A DNA stretch of 64,000 bases from Armatimonadota bacterium. Lineage in GTDB: Bacteria; Armatimonadota; SYMT01. Below the pieces are notes generated by a model that saw nothing but the letters and a program-made list of their open reading frames with translations, did no database searches and was not told where the DNA came from. Shown here in pieces: positions 1 to 9,585 of this stretch. Numbering within the stretch: the first letter of the stretch is position 1; each line of letters starts with the position of its first letter. The stretch covers positions 832,001-896,000 of the forward strand of contig JAWLHY010000003.1 in the NCBI GenBank assembly GCA_041690135.1, read 5' to 3'. The position numbers and the translations under genes were made by a program.

Positions 1-2457
1 ACGTGCGTGGGGACAAGGCTGTGAAGATCATCAATGGGCGGGGTGGTGGCGGTTCACCCCCACGTGCGTGGGGACAAGCGGTCTATCTGGTTCACAAGGT
101 TAAGGAGTCACGGTTCACCCCCACGTGCGTGGGGACAAGCGGGGCGTCGCTCGGGATCACCACCGGGCCCGCGGTTCACCCCCACGTGCGTGGGGACAAG
201 AAAACTGCCGGGCGGTAAAGCTCCGAGCCCGCCGGTTCACCCCCACGTGCGTGGGGACAAGAGGGCGCGCTCCTGCTCCGGAGTGAGCCGACCCGGTTCA
301 CCCCCACGTGCGTGGGGACAAGCTCACCCAGCTCCTCAACCGGCCCAATCCCCACGGTTCACCCCCACGTGCGTGGGGACAAGTCAGGATCGGCGCCTTG
401 TGCTCGCCCTGGAACCGGTTCACCCCCACGTGCGTGGGGACAAGGACTCGTCCAGGTTCGGCACGATCCGGCTGAACGGTTCACCCCCACGTGCGTGGGG
501 ACAAGCCCCTACGCGAACGCCTGACCTTCGCCCGCGTCGGTTCACCCCCACGTGCGTGGGGACAAGCGCGCCGAGGAGCACCCCTCGCAGGCTCGCCACG
601 GTTCACCCCCACGTGCGTGGGGACAAGGAGGTGCTGGACGCGATGCGGGAGTATGCGGCCGGTTCACCCCCACGTGCGTGGGGACAAGGAGGACCTCCGC
701 CTCCGGAAGAACTGCGTCCACGGTTCACCCCCACGTGCGTGGGGACAAGTGCGGTAGTGGAGTGCGTGCGCCGGGGTGGGGCGGTTCACCCCCACGTGCG
801 TGGGGACAAGACCACCCCCCCTATTGTCCGACAATAGGGCCTCGGTTCACCCCCACGTGCGTGGGGACAAGTCATCTCGTTCCTTCAACAGCCGCTCGGA
901 GCGCGGTTCACCCCCACGTGCGTGGGGACAAGGAGGAACTTCTCCGCCTGGGAGACGGCCTCCGCGGTTCACCCCCACGTGCGTGGGGACAAGGGTCTCG
1001 GCCCCGTCTTCCGGGTCGCCGTCCCCGGTTCACCCCCACGTGCGTGGGGACAAGTGTGGTGAGTGGTTGCAATCGCGCGGATGGGGCGGTTCACCCCCAC
1101 GTGCGTGGGGACAAGTGCCGGTTGGCATCGGAGAGGGACCGTCCGTCCGGTTCACCCCCACGTGCGTGGGGACAAGAACCCGTCGCCGGGCTCGGTGTTG
1201 CCCAGGTCCGGTTCACCCCCACGTGCGTGGGGACAAGTTTGCACCAGCCGCCTTCCAGTCTTGGCCCAACGGTTCACCCCCACGTGCGTGGGGACAAGCC
1301 TCGTGTCCGTCCGGGCAGGCCTGGAATTATCGGTTCACCCCCACGTGCGTGGGGACAAGTAATAGTGCTTTCGGCAACGTCTCCGTTAATCAGGTTCACC
1401 CCCACGTGCGTGGGGACAAGTGCTCGAAGTTGAGGACCCCCAGGTCCACCGTCGGTTCACCCCCACGTGCGTGGGGACAAGCTATCTCCCGTTCAAAAGG
1501 AACGGCCGGCCCACGGTTCACCCCCACGTGCGTGGGGACAAGGTCCGGTATCAACGCCTGCGCGAGGACCCCACCGGTTCACCCCCACGTGCGTGGGGAC
1601 AAGATCCCATCCAGTGCTGTCTGCACCCGTCGGGCCGGTTCACCCCCACGTGCGTGGGGACAAGCCGGCGGCATTCCTCGGCGGCGAACGTTTCGGCGGT
1701 TCACCCCCACGTGCGTGGGGACAAGCGGCAAGACCGGCACATCAGTGCCTTACCGGTCGGTTCACCCCCACGTGCGTGGGGACAAGATCCTGAACGAAAA
1801 GGCGTTGCGGACCCGCGCCGGTTCACCCCCACGTGCGTGGGGACAAGCCGTTTGATGTTGCCCAGCAGGTTCACCCCGGCGGTTCACCCCCACGTGCGTG
1901 GGGACAAGTTGATCTTGCGGTCGCGGATCTCGGCTTCCCACGGTTCACCCCCACGTGCGTGGGGACAAGCCGTTTGATGTTGCCCAGCAGGTTCACCCCG
2001 GCGGTTCACCCCCACGTGCGTGGGGACAAGAACTGCCGCGCTTTAAGGATGATCTCCTTCTTCGGTTCACCCCCACGTGCGTGGGGACAAGAGTCGAAGA
2101 ACGGGGTCTTGGTGCCCTGCTCCCGGTTCACCCCCACGTGCGTGGGGACAAGAACTGCCGCGCTTTAAGGATGATCTCCTTCTTCGGTTCACCCCCACGT
2201 GCGTGGGGACAAGAGTCGAAGAACGGGGTCTTGGTGCCCTGCTCCCGGTTCACCCCCACGTGCGTGGGGACAAGAACTGCCGCGCTTTAAGGATGATCTC
2301 CTTCTTCGGTTCACCCCCACGTGCGTGGGGACAAGGATCAGCAGCGCCGCAATCGCCGTCACCTTCGCGGTTCACCCCCACGTGCGTGGGGACAAGCTCT
2401 GGGGCCTGAAGCGCAGGGGGCGCCGTGTCGGTTCACCCCCACGTGCGTGGGGACAAG
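1..2457 (-). CRISPR. CRISPR array 1 (type I-E): 40 full repeats plus 1 partial, 32-nt spacers; truncated by the window start
   Basis: 29-bp repeat CGGTTCACCCCCACGTGCGTGGGGACAAG (minus strand CTTGTCCCCACGCACGTGGGGGTGAACCG) recurs every 61 bp from 50 to 2429; I-E-type hairpin ending in AACCG; leader at 2458+. Confidence 0.99.
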
Positions 2458-2508
2458 AGCAAACTTAGCGTTTGCTGGAACTGGCCAATGGGCGCTGCGG
2501 TGTAGGAA
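2458..2508 (-). promoter_or_regulatory. Short leader of array 1 with palindrome GCAAAC-N5-GTTTGC
   Basis: AGCAAACTTAG abuts the first repeat of all three arrays (2458, 6908, 18156); only 51 nt separate the array from the cas2 stop. Confidence 0.75.
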
Positions 2509-2973
2509 TCAGGTATCGGTTTCTTCGCCTGCGGATCCGGTTCCTTCCGGGAGGGGCGGTCCCTCTTCGGGAACGGCTGTCGCCACCGGTGCGGGTGCTG
2601 AGTCGTCTTCAACCGCGCCCGTTCCCGGTGGCTTGTCGGGTTTTTTGGCGGTTTTCCAGGCCGGGTCGTAGAGGTAGGGGACGCGGACCAGCGACAGGCC
2701 CTCCAGGTCGAGGACCTCGCGGCTGGGGTCGCCGTACTTGCGGAAGGTGAAGCCCTGCTCGGTGCGGGCGCCGTACACCATCAGCGCGCCGGGGCGCTTG
2801 TCGGGATCCTGGACCTTCGTCTTCTCACAGCTCTCGCAGACCATGGTCCAGAGCCGGTCGCGCACGAGAGCGCTCATGCGGCCGACGAACACGCCGGTCC
2901 GCGGCTCGATCATCCACCGGGAGAGCTCGCCCCGGAGCTTCACCGGGACCTTTTCAAGGATCATCACTACCAT
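2509..2973 (-). CDS. cas2: Type I-E Cas2 with a low-complexity C-terminal extension
   Basis: MVVMILEKVPVKLRGELSRWMIEPRTGVFVG...RDRLW...EQGF...DLEGLSL is typical of I-E Cas2; lies downstream of cas1. Confidence 0.95.
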   Translation of the reverse strand: MVVMILEKVPVKLRGELSRWMIEPRTGVFVGRMSALVRDRLWTMVCESCEKTKVQDPDKRPGALMVYGARTEQGFTFRKYGDPSREVLDLEGLSLVRVPYLYDPAWKTAKKPDKPPGTGAVEDDSAPAPVATAVPEEGPPLPEGTGSAGEETDT

Positions 2974-3000
2974 CTCGTCACCGTACCCTTCCGAAGGGGA

Positions 3001-3221
3001 TTCACCGCAGAGGCGCAGAGAACGCGGAGCCCACGCTGAGGGGAAAAGAAAGGCGGAGGGGAGAACGGGGAGATAGCTGATAACCGGCCAGACAGTTCGG
3101 CTGAGACTTCGGGCGTCCAGCGCGGAAACTTGAAGCCGGAACAGGATCTTCTCTCATCCAACGGAACTAGCCATTTCTTCCCTCTGCGCACTCTCAGCGT
3201 CCTCAGCGTCTCTGCGGTGAA
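3001..3221. mobile_element. Palindromic MITE/REP-like insertion between cas1 and cas2
   Basis: Terminal inverted repeats TTCACCGCAGAGGCGC (3001) and GCGTCTCTGCGGTGAA (ending 3221); no convincing ORF; abuts the cas1 stop. Confidence 0.6.
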
Positions 3222-4172
3222 CTATTCTTCGCCGGACATGTCTTCGCTGTAGTTGAGGCCGCCGGCGACGCCCTGGGGAGTGCCGGGCTCCCAGAGGTAG
3301 CCGGGGGCGGCGGGGTCTACGTCGCCTTCGAAGAGGTTTTCGATCGGCTCGGGCTTGAGGCCGAGGACGCGGGGGAGGTCGTCGGCGAGGCGGTCGAGGA
3401 GGCGGTGCTCGCGGAAGAGATCGCGGCAGGCGAGGCGGACGGAACGCTCCAGGGGACGGGTGTCCTGGGCGACGGTCCGGAACGCTAGGGGGATGGTGAT
3501 CACCGTTTTGTAGAGGTCGGCGATGTCGTAGACGAAGGAGAGCTGCTTGCCGGTGTGGATAAAGCCGAGCGCCGGGCTGAGGCCCATGGAGAGGATGGCG
3601 GCGTGGCAGAGGCCGTAGAGGCAGGAGTTGGCCGCGGAGAGGGCGCGGTTGACGGGATCCGCGGCGTTCCAGCTTCCGCGGTCGTAGTGGCGGCCGTGCC
3701 AGGGAACGCCGGTTTCCTGCGAGGCGCGCGCGTAAGTGTCGCGGACGCGCCGCCCCTCCCAGCCGCGGAGCTGCTCCAGGTTGAGGTTAGGGTCCACCTC
3801 TTCCTGGAAGCGCATCTGGTACATCCGCCGGGCGACCTCCAGGCGGAGCGTGTCGTCGCTGACGAGCCGGGCCTGGTGGAGCAGCCAGGAGGCGCTGCGC
3901 GTGCCGCCGGTCCCGTGCGCGTAGAACCGCACGCCCTGTTCCCCGCACCAGACGACGAGGCAGTTGCTTTCGGCCAGCACGGCCATGGCGGCGTGGGTGA
4001 CGCGGGTGCCGGGGCCGAGCATGAGGATGGCCAGGGAAGCGGCGGGGACGCGCGTTTCGCCGACCTGGTCGTACAGGGCGATGGCGGAGTCTTTGCGGTC
4101 GACGCAGCAGTGCTCGACGTAGAGGTACGAGAGGCTGTCGCGGAGCTTGGGTAGGGTGCGAAGGTCGTCCAT
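3222..4172 (-). CDS. cas1: Type I-E Cas1 integrase
   Basis: LSYLYVEH, LMLGPGTRVTHAA, WCGEQGVRFYA, LRGWEGRRVR, NRALSAANSCLYG, ALGFIHTGKQLSFVYDIADLYK. Confidence 0.98.
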   Translation of the reverse strand: MDDLRTLPKLRDSLSYLYVEHCCVDRKDSAIALYDQVGETRVPAASLAILMLGPGTRVTHAAMAVLAESNCLVVWCGEQGVRFYAHGTGGTRSASWLLHQARLVSDDTLRLEVARRMYQMRFQEEVDPNLNLEQLRGWEGRRVRDTYARASQETGVPWHGRHYDRGSWNAADPVNRALSAANSCLYGLCHAAILSMGLSPALGFIHTGKQLSFVYDIADLYKTVITIPLAFRTVAQDTRPLERSVRLACRDLFREHRLLDRLADDLPRVLGLKPEPIENLFEGDVDPAAPGYLWEPGTPQGVAGGLNYSEDMSGEE

Positions 4173-4228
4173 TGTAGCTATCCCTTTACCGAACGGGTTG
4201 GCCCGCGGAATTCGCGGAAAGCGGGCCT

Positions 4229-4961
4229 TGGTTCACCCCCACGGTGCGTGGGGATTATTGCGTCCACTCATTCGTGGTGGCGAAGCTACCATGGTCCTAC
4301 TCATTGCCTGGAGGTGCTACCGTGGGGTCGCCCCCAGCCCTTGCCTTGGGCCGCCGCCCTCCCGCGGAATCAGCCTCCGCTCGGCCTTTCACGCTCGTCG
4401 CTCGCTAGCGGCCGGCTCCGGCGTGCTCACCAGGCCCTGTGTTCCGCGCCGCTGACGGGCGCTGCAACCATTCCGGGCGTAGACGGGCGGCGCCCCGGCG
4501 TCTTCGAGCTATCCCCCCGTCCGGGGAGATCACAAGGGCCCGGCTCTGCCGGGCTCTGGTTGCCGGGCACCCCCCACATGCGTGGGGACAAGGTATCCGG
4601 CCCGACCTTTCGCGACTCCCGGGTTGAGGAGTTGGCGAAGCTTCGTGGATGTTGTGCTGTTTCCCACTACCACTACCGTGGGGTCGCCCCCAGCCCTTGC
4701 ATTGGGCCGCCACCCTCCCGCGGAAGAAGCCTCCGCTCGGCCTTTCACGCTCGTCCCTCGCTAGCGGCCGGCTCCGGCGTGCAGCCCAAGACCTGGGCGC
4801 CGCGCTGCTGCCGGGCACTGGAACCAGTCGATGCGTGGACGGGCGGCGCCCCGGCGTCTTCGAGCTATCCCCCCGTCCGGGGAGATCACATAGGCCCGGC
4901 GCTGCCGGGCTTCGTTTTCCGTCCCCCCCACGTGCGTGGGGGGGACGGAAAACGAAGCCCG
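4229..4961 (-). repeat. Trailer extension of array 2: three degenerate CRISPR repeats separating two homologous ~300-330 nt units (356-bp period)
   Basis: Degenerate repeats at 4229-4258, 4563-4592 and ~4919-4953; homologous blocks 4317-4555 and 4673-4911. Confidence 0.85.
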
Positions 4962-4984
4962 CCCTCGGTCTCCAGGTCCGGCCG

Positions 4985-6907
4985 CGGTCCACCCCCACGT
5001 GCGTGGGGAAAACTCGACCCGCTTCGCGCCGGCCAGCTCGCTCGTCGGTCCACCCCCACGTGCGTGGGGAAAACGCCCGCCATGGCTACCGCATAGTAGG
5101 GAGCATCGGTCCACCCCCACGTGCGTGGGGAAAACGCGCACACGCTCTCCCGGAATGCCCGCGACAACGGTCCACCCCCACGTGCGTGGGGAAAACTGGG
5201 CAGCCTTATCGCCCCCTTTCTCTAGCTGCGGTCCACCCCCACGTGCGTGGGGAAAACTTCTGCTTCCTGCTGGCGCTTCCGCTTCTCGGCTGGTCCACCC
5301 CCACGTGCGTGGGGAAAACTTCGCCAGAGAGGCGGGCCTGGGCCTGACGGGCGGTCCACCCCCACGTGCGTGGGGAAAACGCGGCGACGTCGTTCTCTTC
5401 CTTCGCGGCCTTCGGTCCACCCCCACGTGTGTGGGGAAAACCCGGGGGGCTGGTCGGTGTAGACCTTCACCAGCGGTCCACCCCCACGTGCGTGGGGAAA
5501 ACACCACCTGTGGGCGCGGGGGACCGAACCGCGACGGTCCACCCCCACGTGCGTGGGGAAAACTAGGGCACCGTGGAGGCCGGCCACTCCTTCGCCGGTC
5601 CACCCCCACGTGCGTGGGGAAAACGTCAAACGGCGCAAGGCATTGTTTCGCCATGTAGGTCCACCCCCACGTGCGTGGGGAAAACGCCCGCCCCCGCGCT
5701 AGTGGACGGCGGGGCTGCGGTCCACCCCCACGTGCGTGGGGAAAACGTGGTCGGCGCTGGCGCGCAGCACCCGCCGGGCGGTCCACCCCCACGTGCGTGG
5801 GGAAAACGCTGCTTCCTCGATGGTCTCATACAGCCCCAGCGGTCCACCCCCACGTGCGTGGGGAAAACGGCGCGGGCGAGGGCGGCGCGGGCACGCTGTC
5901 CGGTCCACCCCCACGTGCGTGGGGAAAACAGCAACATAGGACATCAGTAGCTCCCCTGGAACGGTCCACCCCCACGTGCGTGGGGAAAACTGGACTGCTG
6001 AAAGAGGACGGGACGCTCTGGGCGGTCCACCCCCACGTGCGTGGGGAAAACGCCAGCCGCGCCCACCTCCCGCCAGCCCGCCGCCGGTCCACCCCCACGT
6101 GCGTGGGGAAAACTCGTCTACTACTACGCTCAGCACCCGCTCCAGCGGTCCACCCCCACGTGCGTGGGGAAAACATGAGCCCTGCCCTGTGGCGGGCGGC
6201 GGATACCGGTCCACCCCCACGTGCGTGGGGAAAACTCATGACCTCTTCCGGGTCCTGCGGCATGCCGCGGTCCACCCCCACGTGCGTGGGGAAAACATCC
6301 CCACTTTCCAAGGATGTGGAGTTTGGGGCGGTCCACCCCCACGTGCGTGGGGAAAACACATCCGCCTCACTGATCGTCCGTCCGCGGACCGGTCCACCCC
6401 CACGTGCGTGGGGAAAACGTGACGCTGGACGCGGATGCCTGGGAAGTGGACGGTCCACCCCCACGTGCGTGGGGAAAACACGATAGCCTCACCTTCGCTC
6501 ATATCCTCTTCCGGTCCACCCCCACGTGCGTGGGGAAAACGCCGGTAAGCCCGCGACAGCGGTTCATACTGGCCGGTCCACCCCCACGTGCGTGGGGAAA
6601 ACGTCCGGCCGAATTCAGCGCCCATCGGCATCTCCGGTCCACCCCCACGTGCGTGGGGAAAACAACCGCGCCCACACTTCCGCCGCCACCTTCGACGGTC
6701 CACCCCCACGTGCGTGGGGAAAACCGCCCAGCGCTAGATAGGCGGCCACGATGAGGCGGTCCACCCCCACGTGCGTGGGGAAAACCTGGTACCACTTGTC
6801 CGGGTTCTCGCTCTCCTCGGTCCACCCCCACGTGCGTGGGGAAAACTCCAGAACTGCCCCCGTGGTACTTAACGAACGCGGTCCACCCCCACGTGCGTGG
6901 GGAAAAC
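4985..6907 (-). CRISPR. CRISPR array 2 (type I-E, variant repeat), 32 repeats, between cas6e and cas1
   Basis: Repeat CGGTCCACCCCCACGTGCGTGGGGAAAAC (minus strand GTTTTCCCCACGCACGTGGGGGTGGACCG), 61-62 bp period; leader motif at 6908. Confidence 0.99.
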
Positions 6908-6948
6908 AGCAAACTTAGATTAGCGCTTGCATGGAGGTTCGTGTGCTC

Positions 6949-7617
6949 TCAGTTTGCGGGGGCGAGGGAGAGGAGCCCGAAGCCGAAGCCTTTGGCGGTG
7001 CCGATACCGGCGCGGAGGGTGGCGAGGAAGAGCTCCGGATTCCGGACTTCTAGCAGGCCTTCGAATTCGACGCAGGCGTAGGGAACGCTTTTCCCCGCGG
7101 ACTTGCGGACAAGAACTACCCCGCGGTCGGTGACGGTGAAGGTGGTGGGCGCAAACCCGCCTTGCTCTCCTTTGCGGTGCAGCCAGCTCCGTTGGGCGAC
7201 CTCGGTTTCCTGGGGGTCGTCGAAGACGAGTGCCCGGCGCGCGCCGTCTTTGGGTTTGCCGGTGCGTGCATCGACCGCGTGCCCGCCGGGCTCCCGGCGA
7301 GTGGGGTTGGCGGTCAGGCGAAAGCGCAGGCTTTGCCCGGCGGAGAACTTCAGGTCGAGCGCTTTCACCTGTGGGGTGACGGCCAGGTAACGACCGCTGT
7401 TCTCCAGGCGGCGCCAATCCGGCTCGGCCAGAGATTGGACCAGCACTCGCGGCCCCCGCCGGCTTTCCTCGGCTCGGAACAGGCAGCGTGCTTCCTGATA
7501 GGCCTGTCCGTCCGGAAAGCCGGTGGAAAGCGTCCGATGCAGTTGATACACGTCGCGCAACTCGGACCGTACCCGGGGAGAGGCGGGGTTCAACTCCAAC
7601 AGCGTGAGGTAGATCAT
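6949..7617 (-). CDS. cas6e: Cas6e (CasE) crRNA endoribonuclease
   Basis: DVYQLHRTL, LVQS..PDW, LRFRLTANP, C-terminal glycine-rich loop GIGTAKGFGFGLLSL. Confidence 0.97.
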   Translation of the reverse strand: MIYLTLLELNPASPRVRSELRDVYQLHRTLSTGFPDGQAYQEARCLFRAEESRRGPRVLVQSLAEPDWRRLENSGRYLAVTPQVKALDLKFSAGQSLRFRLTANPTRREPGGHAVDARTGKPKDGARRALVFDDPQETEVAQRSWLHRKGEQGGFAPTTFTVTDRGVVLVRKSAGKSVPYACVEFEGLLEVRNPELFLATLRAGIGTAKGFGFGLLSLAPAN

Positions 7618-8381
7618 CCGTTGCCTCCTACGGCAGTCCCTCCCTGCGGAGGGTTTACGTGGATGCAGCGACAGTGGCGAAAGGCATACTGCCGTGCGAG
7701 GTTGACACGCAGGGCATCCTGGCGAACCAGGTCACCTACCGGGTCTTCAATGAAGGCCTGCAAGGGAAAGGATGGCGGCGACTTCCGCTGCGCGTGCGCG
7801 CTGCCTCGCCAGTCCCAGGGATGCCGGGTAAGGGCCTCCTCGATGCCGGAATAGACCTGTGTCAGGGTCTCCAGGATGGGGCGGGTGGGAATACAGGCCT
7901 TGCGCCCGAGGTAGAGCGGCCACGCCGGAGCCCCAAGTGCCCCTGCGGCGGTGGTTAACAGGCCGGCTCCCCGTTCGGTTTCCTCCAGGGCCACCAGGAA
8001 CGCGGCATCCTCCAGGTAGTACCGGGGCGAGATGATGGTGGCGGGAGTGGCGTCCGGGTCGCGGCCCAGCCGCTCCAGCGAGGTGGCCGTTTTCAACCCG
8101 GAGTGCCGATACGTGCCTTCGGCGGTCGGAAGAAACCCGCTAACGGTGTGATAGTCGAGCATCACCCGGCCGGGCGCTTCTACCCGTACGCCGAAGCGCA
8201 GCCCCGCGTCCAGGGCTTCGAGGCGCGCGTCTCCGACGGGGTACCCGAGCGCGCAGCCCAGCAAGCCGATGACGCCAGATTTGGTCGGCTCCGCCTGGGT
8301 ATCCCGTACGTCCCAGCGGGCACGCACGCCCCAGGACTGCAACGGCCCTTCCAGGCGGAGCAGCAACACGGGCTTACCCAT
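7614..8381 (-). CDS. cas5e: Cas5e (CasD)
   Basis: LLLRLEGPLQSWG...RDT...PTKSGVIGLLGCALG, DYHTV, RYYLEDAAF, LYLGRKACIP. Confidence 0.97.
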   Translation of the reverse strand: MGKPVLLLRLEGPLQSWGVRARWDVRDTQAEPTKSGVIGLLGCALGYPVGDARLEALDAGLRFGVRVEAPGRVMLDYHTVSGFLPTAEGTYRHSGLKTATSLERLGRDPDATPATIISPRYYLEDAAFLVALEETERGAGLLTTAAGALGAPAWPLYLGRKACIPTRPILETLTQVYSGIEEALTRHPWDWRGSAHAQRKSPPSFPLQAFIEDPVGDLVRQDALRVNLARQYAFRHCRCIHVNPPQGGTAVGGNG

Positions 8382-9546
8382 GGAGGGCTACCTCTTCCAG
8401 TCGCGCGCGGAGAGTATTCAGGTCCTTGACCCGCTCCACGCCGGCGATGGAGAAGTCCGGGTGCTCGGGCGCAAACAACCAGCGGGACGTGGCCTGGAGA
8501 TTGAAGCCATCGGTGAGGGCCTGGACGTGGCGGCCGAGCTTTTCCAGCGATGCGGTTACCAGATCCTTCGCACCCTGGCGGGCGGGGTCCACGAAGGCAT
8601 TGGCATAACTTACGGGCTGGCAATGCGGGCGAACTTCCACCAGGATGGCCGCCGGAAGCTGGTGCGCCGCGAAGCTGTTCTGCTTGCCCGAAGGAGTGGT
8701 GAGGGCCGACGCGGCAACCAGGGCGGACACGGCCCGTGCTGCCAGGGCGTGGGCTGCCTGTTCTTCTCCTTCGGCCGGCTCGCGGCGGAACGGTCGTTTA
8801 CCCGTTAGACTATCCCGCAGGCCCTTCACGTCCACGGAGAAGTACTTGTAAAAGCAGGCCGAGTTGAACTCCACGTCGCCGAGCATGTCGGCGCCGGAGT
8901 CGGCTTCTTTCTCCGCATCACCCAGGTCCTGGAGGTCGTCCACCGCCGTGAAGTAGTCGAACTCGTGATCCACCTTGTGCGTGGAGAGGGCGTGAGCCAC
9001 CTGCGCGGACGCTTCCACGTCGCGGAAGGCTGCCGAAGTCGTCATGCGCCCGAAGAGTGCCACGTCGACCGTGAGCTCACGAAAGCCCTTCTGTTCCGCC
9101 TGGGCCTGAAGATCCTTCGCCGGCACCTTCTCCAGTTGCGCAGCCGTTTTTCCCTGCGCCGCTTCTCGCAGCACGGTGGTGACCGCCGCGATGTCCTCCT
9201 CGGTGAGAAACATCGTCTGGGCCGTTTCCAACTGGTCCCGCTCTTTGCCATCCTTCGTGCCGAAGCCGGACACCTTCTTGGCGGCTACCACCGCCAGTTC
9301 GGGAGCCAGACCTTCCGCCAGGAGGCGGTCGCGAACCAACTCGGGAAGGCGGCGGGTCCGCGTGGCTACCTGGCCGTCCATCGCCTCGCGGAACACGGTG
9401 GAACGGCGGATGCTGCGCTTGAGGCACTGGCTGGATATGCGCGCGCGCTTGATCCCTCCGAACATGCACTCTTTCGGGCTGCCCGTATCGTCCCGGTTGA
9501 GGTTGGCGGGCGAATGGTTCTGGATGATGTGAATCTCTACGAGCAT
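8374..9546 (-). CDS. cas7e: Cas7e (CasC) backbone subunit
   Basis: IHIIQNHSPANLNRDDTGSPK, RARISSQCLKRSIR, VDVALFGRM, QVAHALSTH, DYFTAVDD, PSGKQNSFA. Confidence 0.98.
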   Translation of the reverse strand: MLVEIHIIQNHSPANLNRDDTGSPKECMFGGIKRARISSQCLKRSIRRSTVFREAMDGQVATRTRRLPELVRDRLLAEGLAPELAVVAAKKVSGFGTKDGKERDQLETAQTMFLTEEDIAAVTTVLREAAQGKTAAQLEKVPAKDLQAQAEQKGFRELTVDVALFGRMTTSAAFRDVEASAQVAHALSTHKVDHEFDYFTAVDDLQDLGDAEKEADSGADMLGDVEFNSACFYKYFSVDVKGLRDSLTGKRPFRREPAEGEEQAAHALAARAVSALVAASALTTPSGKQNSFAAHQLPAAILVEVRPHCQPVSYANAFVDPARQGAKDLVTASLEKLGRHVQALTDGFNLQATSRWLFAPEHPDFSIAGVERVKDLNTLRARLEEVALHG

Positions 9547-9585
9547 CGTGATCTCTCCTTAGCCGGTGGGAAAACAAACGGGAAT

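Noticed and set aside
3-2468. Many long ORFs across array 1 (likewise 4761-6912 and 16971-18206)
   Set aside because: They are translations of stop-free CRISPR repeats (GSPPRAWG, RFTPTCVG, VHPHVRG), not genes.
4248-4998. ORFs over the array 2 trailer units as possible toxins or anti-CRISPRs
   Set aside because: No RBS, Arg/Pro-rich composition, and they run through repeats; conservation looks nucleotide-structural. A very small peptide cannot be excluded.
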